Part shown: positions 15,601-20,748 of the stretch, piece after piece
How positions within the stretch are numbered: position 1 is the first letter of the stretch
Layout: each line of letters opens with the position of its first letter
From: Geobacter metallireducens GS-15
GTDB lineage: Bacteria > Desulfobacterota > Desulfuromonadia > Geobacterales > Geobacteraceae
NCBI RefSeq assembly: GCF_000012925.1
Contig: NC_007517.1
Location: forward strand, 1,020,001-1,052,000
Reading direction: 5' to 3'
Length of the DNA: 32,000 nt
Translations under genes and position numbers: made by a program
The notes under the pieces: model-generated
What the model was told of the DNA's origin: nothing
Database searches by the model: none
The model's input: the letters and a program-made list of their open reading frames with translations, nothing else

Positions 15601-17531
15601 CAGCCAATACTGCCGGCACCTTCAGCTACACCCCGGCTGCCGGGACGGTCATGAACACCGCCGGGACCCAGACACTGTCCGTCTCCTTCGTCCCGACCGA
15701 CCCCGTCAACTACAGCACGGCAACAGCAAGCGTTAACCTCACCGTGAACGCCGTTACCAAGCAAACTCCGGTAATTACCTGGGCAACGCCGGCGGCAGTG
15801 TCGGTTGGTACGACTCTCAGTAGCACTCAGCTCAATGCCACAGCCAACGTACCGGGCACCTTCACCTACATCCCGGCTGCCGGGACAGCCCTGAACACCG
15901 CCGGCACCGTAACTCTTTCCGCCACCTTCACGCCGACCGACACCGTAAACTACAACACGGCAACGGCGAGCGTTAACCTCACTGTGAACGCCGTTACCCA
16001 GCAGACTCCGGTCATTACCTGGGCAACACCGGCGGCAGTGTCTGAGGGTACGACCCTCGGCAGCACCCAACTCAACGCCACTGCCAACGTTCCGGGTACC
16101 TTCGCCTACACCCCGGCAGCCGGGACAGCCCTGAACACCGCCGGCACCGTAACTCTTTCCGCCACCTTCACGCCGACCGACACCGTCAACTACACCACGG
16201 CAACGGCGAGCGTGAGCCTCACCGTGAACGCCGTTATCACCAAGCAGCCCCCCGTGATCACATCGTCTCCGGTGACAACAGGATATAAGGACGGCTACTA
16301 CTACTATCAGGTAGTGGCTTCTGATCCGAATGGTGACACTGTCAGTTACTCGTTGAGCACCTATCCGTCGGGCATGACCATCAACTCGACGACGGGACTC
16401 ATTTACTGGCGTCCGGGGAGCACCGGCACCTATTCGGTAACGGTGAGAGCAAAGGACACAACTGGTCTTTACGCAAGCCAGAGCTTCAAGATTTCCGTAG
16501 CCGACAGCTCTTCCAACAGCTCGCCGAAGATCACCTCGACGGCTGTGACCACGGCAGTCGTTGATACTTTGTACAACTATGATGTGAATGCAACGGATTC
16601 CAATGGCGACACCGTGTACTTCAGGTTGTCATCGGCACCGTCAGGGATGACGATCGACGCGATAAGCGGTCTCATCAGCTGGACGCCGACTTCATCCCAG
16701 ACCGGCTCGAAATATGTGAGTGTCCAGGCGGTCGACAGCAAGGGAGGAAGAACGTCACAGAGCTTCTACATTACGGTGTCACAGTCCTCCAGTACCAATA
16801 ACGCACCGGTGATTTCTACCTCGCCGGTAACAACTGCCACCGTGGGACGTTCGTACTCCTATGATGTCAATGCAACTGACGCTGATGGGGATACTTTGAC
16901 CTACAAGCTGACCACCGCCCCCAGTGGCATGGGCATCGACGCAAACACCGGTGTCATTTCGTGGACTCCTTCGTCCTCACAGACCGGATCCAACAGTGTG
17001 ACGGTCGAGGTGACTGATGGCAAGGGAGGAAGCGACACCCAGAGCTTCACCGTATCGGTCACGGGGAGTACAACGAACAATGGGGCTCCTCAATTCACTT
17101 CCACTCCCGTGACCACTGCAGTTGTCAGGAAGTATTACACCTATAACGCTGACGCCGTTGATCCGAATGGCGACACTATTAAATATTCGTTCGCCAGAAG
17201 GCCTGACGGTATGTCGATCAATTCTTCCACGGGCTTGATCAACTGGTATGCCTCCCGAACCGGCTCCTACAATGTTTCGGTGAAGGCCACCGATTCGAAA
17301 GGGAATTCTGCATACCAGAATTTCACCATTACCGTTGTGACGGCAGATGTGTCAGCTATCCCCTTGTCCGTTAATTCGTGCGATGTCAACGGTGATGGTC
17401 TTGTAACCATCGATGATGTCAAGGCGATCATTGCCGGGAGGGGGACTAACAACCTCACTCTCGATATGGACGGTGATGGTGCCGTGACGTTGCTGGATGC
17501 GCGCATTTGCTCCCCTCAAGTGAAGAACTGA
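9621..17531 (+). CDS. Giant (2,636 aa) secreted Thr/Ala-rich repeat protein: unique N-terminal domain, cadherin-like domains, about 21 Ig/MBG-like modules, C-terminal dockerin
   Basis: ATG at 9621; the ORF-track TTG at 9597 is an extension. Signal peptide MGIARKIKWVFVTLCLLLVTALTSSAYA. A single uninterrupted ORF. Module types read from the translation: (a) cadherin-like/He_PIG-like (SPVT...Y.Y.V.A.D.[ND]GD...SGM.I[ND]S.TGLI.WTP); (b) about 80-aa modules P.ITW..P..(I/V).YGTAL...QLNATA..GTF.YTP...TLSV.FTPTD..NY; (c) MBG-like modules (L.ATYDG.AKA...ITY.G...APT.AGSY.V.ATV.D.NYTGSATGTL.IAKA); (d) SQTVSFTS...C...C modules; (e) dockerin. Confidence 0.9.
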   Translation: MGIARKIKWVFVTLCLLLVTALTSSAYAADWNLTSGNSTVTLNDSAMPGTSPGVYSWLLDNVERISQQAFYYRIGTTSPEVSVSGDTLDATAPFTVAASNQTASSVTLTFTEKAGRFSIAVTYELIGGTTGRSTLNKKVVVTNLTAAPLDLHLFSYSDYDLKTGAYNFENASIVNGKAYQSSFTNTTDTVGNGATFVERATVPPSRVGIDNAQFLGSLANGATPYNLDNFSGPFPSNGDSQFAFQWDLTVDPKTPTSFTITDDFYPTKALYLSKASTPSTCVNYGQTFTNTYAFDNTRNLATPADNTLIREKLARDISLSLATDGGAYNATTGSVDWKILQMAAGAAQQTVQGTYTVNSAADFTMTSQIVSDETFPTSVSAKLTLCNHPPSISSFPGKNGTEGQAYSYQVIATDSDPGTTLSYSLDVAPAGMTINSSGLITWTPTSAQTGNNTITVRVSDGTLAATQTYTLFIAYVNAAPSITSSPVTSAYVGVSYPYTVVATDPNLKQGDKLTFGLPAAPSGMTINSTTGVISWTPDATQVGPQNVVVQVTDNGYLFVQQSFTVTVSATTKQTPVITWTAPAAITYGTALGVTQLNATANVPGTYAYTPASGAVLNAGSQTLSVTFTPTDTTTYTTATATTTLTVNKATPTITWATPASVPVGTALSSTQLNATASTVGSFTYTPVSGTVLTTAGVQTLSATFTPTDTTNYNGASASVNLSVVAKQVPTITWAAPAAITYGTALSAAQLNATAGVPGTYTYTPAVGTVLNAGTQSLSVTFTPTDTTIYTPATATVSLTVNKASQTVSFTSTIPTSPAFGGTYTPAATATSGLAVAITLDAASTGCTLASGVVTFTGAGTCVIDANQAGTTNYNAAAQVQQSIGIGKGASTITVTGATSFTYTGAPQGPGTATVTGSTGAVTYSYAGTGTTTYPASATKPTNAGSYTVTATVAADANYNGASSSATAFTITKAAATVTLGNLTATYDGTAKAATATTIPNGLTVAITYAGGTTAPTAAGSYAVVATVNDANYTGSATGTLNIAKASQTVSFTSTIPASPAIGGTYTPAATATSGLAVAITLDAASTGCTLASGVVTFTGAGTCVIDANQAGTTNYNAAAQVQQSIGIGKGASTVTVTGATSFTYTGAPQGPGTATVTGSTGAVTYSYAGTGATTYPASATKPTNAGSYTVTATVAADANYNGTSSSATAFTITKAAATVTLGNLTATYDGTAKAATATTIPNGLIVAITYAGGTTAPTAAGSYAVVATVNDANYTGSATGTLVIAKATSTITWATPTAVPVGTALSSTQLNATANTAGTFTYTPAAGTVMNTVGTQALSVSFTPTDSTNYTSATASVSLSVVAKQVPTITWAAPAAIAYGTALDATQLNATANVAGTFVYTPAAGTVLNAGSQTLSVTFTPTDTATYTTATKTVSLTVNKASATITLSGLSATYDGTTKAATATTSPAGVAVSLTYKNGKTTVTSPTAAGSYSVTATVTDPNYTGSATGTLVIAKATSTITWATPTAVPVGTALNDTQLNATANTAGTFSYTPAAGTVVNTAGTQTLSVSFTPTDSTNYTSATASVSLSVVAKQVPTITWAAPAAIAYGTALDINQLNATANVAGTFAYTPASGTVLNAGSQTLSVTFTPTDTATYTTATKTVTLTVNPASATVTLAGLTATYDGSAKAVTATTNPAGKAVTITYAGSATAPTAAGSYAVVATVTDPNYTGSATGTLVIAKATSTITWATPTAVPVGTALNDTQLNATANTAGTFSYTPAAGTVVNTAGTQTLSVSFTPTDSTNYTSATASVSLSVVAKQVPTITWAAPAAIAYGTALDINQLNATANVAGTFAYTPASGTVLNAGSQTLSVTFTPTDTATYTTATKTVTLTVNPASATVTLAGLTATYDGSAKAVTATTNPAGKAVTITYAGSATAPTAAGSYAVVATVTDANYTGSATGTLVIAKATSTITWATPTAVPVGTALNDTQLNATANTAGTFSYTPAAGTVMNTAGTQTLSVSFVPTDPVNYSTATASVNLTVNAVTKQTPVITWATPAAVSVGTTLSSTQLNATANVPGTFTYIPAAGTALNTAGTVTLSATFTPTDTVNYNTATASVNLTVNAVTQQTPVITWATPAAVSEGTTLGSTQLNATANVPGTFAYTPAAGTALNTAGTVTLSATFTPTDTVNYTTATASVSLTVNAVITKQPPVITSSPVTTGYKDGYYYYQVVASDPNGDTVSYSLSTYPSGMTINSTTGLIYWRPGSTGTYSVTVRAKDTTGLYASQSFKISVADSSSNSSPKITSTAVTTAVVDTLYNYDVNATDSNGDTVYFRLSSAPSGMTIDAISGLISWTPTSSQTGSKYVSVQAVDSKGGRTSQSFYITVSQSSSTNNAPVISTSPVTTATVGRSYSYDVNATDADGDTLTYKLTTAPSGMGIDANTGVISWTPSSSQTGSNSVTVEVTDGKGGSDTQSFTVSVTGSTTNNGAPQFTSTPVTTAVVRKYYTYNADAVDPNGDTIKYSFARRPDGMSINSSTGLINWYASRTGSYNVSVKATDSKGNSAYQNFTITVVTADVSAIPLSVNSCDVNGDGLVTIDDVKAIIAGRGTNNLTLDMDGDGAVTLLDARICSPQVKN
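10785..11325 (+). other. Two N-proximal cadherin-like (He_PIG-type) domains of the giant protein
   Basis: PPSISSFPGKNGTEGQAYSYQVIATDSDPGTTLSYSLDVAPAGMTINSSGLITWTP... and APSITSSPVTSAYVGVSYPYTVVATDPN...PSGMTINSTTGVISWTP... Confidence 0.6.
12026..13477 (+). repeat. Tandem in-frame duplication, 2 x 726 bp (242 codons), near-identical
   Basis: GGCCAGCCAGACGGTCAGCTTCACC starts at both 12026 and 12752. A by-eye comparison of the two units shows only about a dozen substitutions (for example ccgacgagt/ccggcgagt, tttggtggc/ataggcggc). Each unit encodes one SQTVSF module plus two MBG-like modules. Confidence 0.9.
13424..15690 (+). repeat. Tandem in-frame array of about 680-bp units (687 + 678 + 678 + about 220 bp partial); units 2 and 3 are identical
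   Basis: Unit starts are at 13424, 14111, 14789 and 15467. By line-by-line comparison, 14111-14798 appears base-for-base identical to 14789-15476. Unit 1 has a 9-bp insertion and scattered changes. Unit 4 diverges after about 15690. Each unit encodes two ITW modules plus one MBG-like module. Confidence 0.9.
15747..16226 (+). repeat. Tandem in-frame duplication, 2 x 240 bp (80 codons), diverged
   Basis: AACGCCGTTACC(A/C)AGCA(A/G)ACTCCGGT(A/C)ATTACCTGGGCAAC starts at 15747 and 15987, and a third junction lies at 16227. Protein units: VTKQTPVITWATPAAVSVGTTL... and VTQQTPVITWATPAAVSEGTTL... Confidence 0.85.
16248..17340 (+). other. Four C-proximal cadherin-like (He_PIG-type) domains of the giant protein
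   Basis: PPVITSSPVTTGYKDGYYYYQVVASDPNGD..., SPKITSTAVTTAVVDTLYNYDVNATDSNGD..., APVISTSPVTTATVGRSYSYDVNATDADGD..., APQFTSTPVTTAVVRKYYTYNADAVDPNGD.... Each is followed by SGM(T/G/S)I(N/D)..TG(L/V)I.W. Confidence 0.65.
17379..17510 (+). other. C-terminal type-I-like dockerin module (two Ca-binding EF-hand-like loops)
   Basis: CDVNGDGLVTIDDVKAIIAGRGTNNLTLDMDGDGAVTLLDARIC. It contains two D.[ND]GDG.V...D loops about 24 residues apart, bracketed by Cys residues, at the extreme C-terminus. Confidence 0.75.
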
Positions 17532-17575
17532 GGATATGATGCTGTAAGCAAAGCTGTGATTTCGTATGATGAACG

Positions 17576-17612
17576 ACGGGGAGGTGTCGCGGACGCCTCC
17601 CCGTTTCTTTTT
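17576..17612 (+). terminator. Rho-independent terminator of the giant gene
   Basis: ACGGGGAGG (17576-17584) pairs with CCTCCCCGT (17596-17604) across an 11-nt loop, followed by TTCTTTTT (17605-17612). It begins 45 nt after the stop codon. Confidence 0.85.
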
Positions 17613-17646
17613 GCCGCAACCCTTGAGGGCGCATTGGTATTCACGG

Positions 17647-17676
17647 TTGCCCCTGATTTCGAAAAGATGGTATAAC
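17647..17676 (+). promoter_or_regulatory. Candidate sigma70-type promoter TTGCCC-N18-TATAAC for the plsC-rnhA-HNH-HAD gene string
   Basis: TTGCCC at 17647-17652 and TATAAC at 17671-17676. It lies between the terminator and the AGAGG/TTG start at 17707. Pattern match only. Confidence 0.3.
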
Positions 17677-17706
17677 CAGTTCATTCCACATGATTCAGAG
17701 GTTTTC

Positions 17707-18360
17707 TTGAAGGCTTCCCTGGTTCGCCGTGTCTGGGTTACATTCTCTGCCCATGTAATCGGTTTCTATGCATCCACTCTCAACAGGTTCCGGGTTAAAG
17801 GGATTGAAAACCTGCCGAAGGATGGTGGGGTGCTGATCGCCTCCAACCACATCTCGGCCTATGAAACCATTTTCATTCCCTGGGCCGTGTTGCGTCACTA
17901 TCCCCTGCAGATGGTCTGGGCTCCCGCCAAGGAAGAGCTTTTCACCAGCCGTCTTCAGCAGTGGCTCTACAGTTCGTGGGGGGCGTTTCCGGTCAAGCGG
18001 GGGCGCGACATCCGCGCCGGTAAGGTCATCAATGATCTTCTCCTGACCGAAAAGGTGATGCTCTTCCCCGAGGGGACCCGCCATAAGGACGGGGTTCTCG
18101 GCCCTGGCAACCGGGGTGTGGGCAAGATTATCTACGACACGCGCCCCACGGTCGTGCCGACGGCCCTCGTGGGCCTCAATCGCTGGAAGTTCCCCGGTGT
18201 AGGCCAGGATGCCGCCATCGTATTCGGAAAACCTCTCGATTTTGCAGACCTGTATGGCCGCGAAGACAACAAGGAAACTCACCAGTTGATTGTCGGGCGT
18301 GTCATGACAGCCATAGCTGATCTTCTGAAGACGGAAGGGGCCTATGTCAACAAGGGTTGA
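17707..18360 (+). CDS. 1-acyl-sn-glycerol-3-phosphate acyltransferase family protein (PlsC-like)
   Basis: Acyltransferase motifs NHISAYE (H-x4-D/E block) and FPEGTR. The ORF-track start at 17566 would place the terminator hairpin (17576-17612) inside the gene. TTG at 17707 is preceded by AGAGG with a 5-nt spacer and is the first plausible in-frame start downstream of the terminator. Confidence 0.7.
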
Positions 18361-18802
18361 ACTTTTCTGCGACGGTGCCTGCAGCGGTAATCCGGGCGTC
18401 GGCGGTTGGGGGGGCATCCTTCGGTGTGGCGCTACGGAAAAGGAATTATCGGGCGCCGAGTGGGAGACCACCAACAACCGGATGGAGATGACCGCCGCCA
18501 TCCGGGGGCTGGAGGCCCTGACGCGTCCCTGTGAGGTGGTCGTCACCACCGACTCCCAGTATCTGGTAAAGGGAATGACCGAATGGCTTTCGGGGTGGAT
18601 CCGGCGGGGGTGGGTCAACAGCAAGAAGGAGCCGGTGCTGAACCGGGATCTCTGGGAACGGCTCCTGGAACTCTCCAAGACTCACCGGATCCAGTGGACC
18701 TGGATTCGGGGGCACAACGGCCATGCCGAGAACGAGCGCTGTGACGCCCTGGCTCGGGGGGCCATTGACGAGCTCAGAAAGAAGGGGCAGGGACGGCGGT
18801 GA
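18344..18802 (+). CDS. rnhA: Ribonuclease HI
   Basis: [26 protein letters not shown] and [14 protein letters not shown] motifs (DEDD catalytic residues). GGAAGGGG lies upstream of the ATG. The gene overlaps the plsC-like gene by 17 nt. Confidence 0.93.
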
Positions 18803-19113
18803 ACTACTTCATCGTTGAGGTGTCGGAGCAGGAGGTGAAGCGGGAGAAGGAAAAGGCCCGGGAGCTTCGCCGAAGCCAGTGGTGGAAGAACCGGATTGCC
18901 CGCGGCATCTGCCACTACTGCGGTGAAATCTTCCCGCCCGAGGAGCTCACCATGGACCACCTGGTGCCCGTCGTGCGTGGCGGCAAGAGCACCCGCGGCA
19001 ACGTGGTTCCGGCCTGCAAGGAGTGCAACAACCGCAAGAAGTATCTCCTCCCCGTGGAGTGGGAGGAGTATCTGGATTCGTTGGAAAGCGAACCGTCCGA
19101 CGGTGAAGGGTAA
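18799..19113 (+). CDS. Small HNH endonuclease (104 aa)
   Basis: CHYCG...[10 protein letters not shown]...[13 protein letters not shown], that is CxxC...H-N-H...CxxC zinc-finger HNH. The GTG start overlaps the rnhA stop (GTGA at 18799-18802). Confidence 0.8.
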
Positions 19114-19142
19114 CCTCCGCCAGCGGGCGGCATGGGGTAAGC

Positions 19143-19763
19143 GTGCGTTACAAGGCAGTAATCTACGATTGTGATGGGGTGATGTTCGACTCCTTCGAGG
19201 CGAATCTCGCCTTCTACCAGCGGATCATGGGGATGATGGGGCGCAAGCCCCTCGACCGGTCCGACGAGGAGCAGATGCGCATCCTCCATACCTATGCTAA
19301 CCGGGAGGTCCTCGCTCATTTTTTCCCCGACCCGAGGGAGTGGGAAGAGGCGGTCCGCTGTGCCGGCCGGATCGACTACCGGGACCTCGTCCCTCTGATG
19401 GTCATGGAACAGGGGTTTCGCGAAACCCTCGATGTGCTCAAGGGTCGTGTTGAGCTGGCCGTCTGCACCAATCGGTCAACCTCCATGGACACCGTTCTGG
19501 AAAGCTTCGACCTCGCTTCCTATTTCGGCCTCGTCATGACCGCCTCGAAGGTGGCCAACCCGAAGCCCCACCCGGAGCCGCTTCTGAGGGTTGTTGAACA
19601 CTTCGGCATCAAACCCGGTGAGGCCCTCTTTGTGGGGGACTCGGCCGTGGACTCCATGGCCGCGGAAGCAGCCGGCGTGCCTTTTGTCGCCTACAAGGCA
19701 GACCTCCCCGCCATGACGTGCATCGACCACCATGGCGATCTGGTCGCCCTTGTGCGATCCTGA
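19143..19763 (+). CDS. HAD-superfamily phosphatase (phosphoglycolate phosphatase-like)
   Basis: HAD motif I IYDCDGVMFDS (DxDG), motif II CTNRS, motif III KPHPEP, motif IV VGDSAVD. GTG start. Confidence 0.8.
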   Translation: MRYKAVIYDCDGVMFDSFEANLAFYQRIMGMMGRKPLDRSDEEQMRILHTYANREVLAHFFPDPREWEEAVRCAGRIDYRDLVPLMVMEQGFRETLDVLKGRVELAVCTNRSTSMDTVLESFDLASYFGLVMTASKVANPKPHPEPLLRVVEHFGIKPGEALFVGDSAVDSMAAEAAGVPFVAYKADLPAMTCIDHHGDLVALVRS

Positions 19764-19788
19764 ACCGCTCCCACATGGTTCCCTAACA

Positions 19789-20748
19789 CTAAACACCTAA
19801 CACCTCTGCCAGCCGCAATACCTCGTCCTGGGGGCGTTTCTCGCCTTTGATGACGTCTTCCAGGGGCGTGGCGAGAATGGCATTGCAGGAAAGTCCCACC
19901 ATCACCCCGGAGTTGCCGGAGATGAGGAGTTCCACCGCCCGCTTGCCGAAACGGCTTGCCAGGAGCCGATCGAAGACGGTCGGCGCGCCGCCGCGCTGGT
20001 AGTGGCCCAGCACCGTGATCCGCGTCTCGAAGCCGATGGCGTCCTTGATGCTGTCGGAGATCTCCCGGGCATGGCCGGCGCCTTCGGCGAGGATGATGAT
20101 GGCGTTATCGCGCCCCTCCTCGAAGCGTGCTCGGAGCTGTTGGCAGATCTCGGCCAGGTCGTATTCCCGTTCGGGGACCAGGGCGAACTCGGCACCGGTG
20201 GCGATGGCGGAGATGCTGGCCAGGTACCCCGAGTTGCGCCCCATGACCTCGATCACAAAGGCCCGGGCGTGGGAGCTGGCCGTATCCTTGATGCAGTCGA
20301 CGGCGTAGATGATGTTGTTGAGGGCCGTATCAACACCGAGGGCCATGTCGGTGTAGGGGATGTCGTTGTCAATGCTGGACGGGATGCCGACCACCGGCAG
20401 GCCGAGCCGGTGGAGCGCCAGGGCGCCGGTTAGGGAGCCGTCGCCACCGAGCACCACGAGTCCTTCGACGCCCAACTCCTTCAGGTTGTCGATGGCCTTC
20501 TGCTGCCCCTCGGGGGTCTTGAATTCCGGCGAGCGGGCCGACTGGAGGAACGTCCCACCCCGGTGGAGGATGCCCGAAACCGCCTTGGTGTCGAGGGGGA
20601 TGGCATCCCCCTTCATGAGCCCCAGATATCCCTTTCTGAATCCCACCACCTCGATGTTCAGGCGGATCGCGGTCCGTACCGCCGCCCGGATGGCGGCGTT
20701 CATGCCGGAGCAGTCGCCGCCGCTCGTGAGAATGCCGATCTTTTTCAT
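19789..20748 (-). CDS. pfkA: ATP-dependent 6-phosphofructokinase
   Basis: MKKIGILTSGGDCSGMNAAIR, VLGGDGSL and TRITVLGHYQRGG motifs; 319 aa. The start overlaps the rarA stop (ATGA on the - strand). Confidence 0.93.
   Translation of the reverse strand: MKKIGILTSGGDCSGMNAAIRAAVRTAIRLNIEVVGFRKGYLGLMKGDAIPLDTKAVSGILHRGGTFLQSARSPEFKTPEGQQKAIDNLKELGVEGLVVLGGDGSLTGALALHRLGLPVVGIPSSIDNDIPYTDMALGVDTALNNIIYAVDCIKDTASSHARAFVIEVMGRNSGYLASISAIATGAEFALVPEREYDLAEICQQLRARFEEGRDNAIIILAEGAGHAREISDSIKDAIGFETRITVLGHYQRGGAPTVFDRLLASRFGKRAVELLISGNSGVMVGLSCNAILATPLEDVIKGEKRPQDEVLRLAEVLGV

Noticed and set aside
11766-16070. Two ~670-aa Gly/Arg-rich ORFs on the - strand (11766-13781, 14040-16070) and another at 10926-11633
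   Set aside because: They are reverse-complement shadows of the Thr/Ala-rich repeat array: ACC/GCC/ACG codons read backwards give GGT/GGC/CGT. They inherit the same tandem periodicity and have no start or RBS context. The + strand ORF is continuous for 7.9 kb with a signal peptide and recognisable domains.
11400-16100. Recurrent N-A-T sequons (QLNATA) in every ITW module as possible N-glycosylation sites
   Set aside because: The bacterial PglB-type sequon needs an acidic residue at -2 (D/E-x-N-x-S/T), and here -2 is Gln. No glycosylation genes are in the window. The motif is more simply a structural consensus of the repeat.
12026-16226. Regular direct repeats that could be mistaken for a CRISPR array or a satellite
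   Set aside because: The periods are 726, 678/687 and 240 bp, all multiples of three, with no short repeat-spacer structure. They lie inside one open reading frame and encode protein modules.
19764-19800. Heptad-like repeat CTAACAC-TAAACAC-CTAACAC at the convergent HAD/pfkA junction, and the lack of any terminator hairpin in the 25-nt gap
   Set aside because: Most of the repeat lies within the pfkA stop and last codons (…LGV*). It is too short and imperfect to assign a function, so it is noted only as a curiosity.
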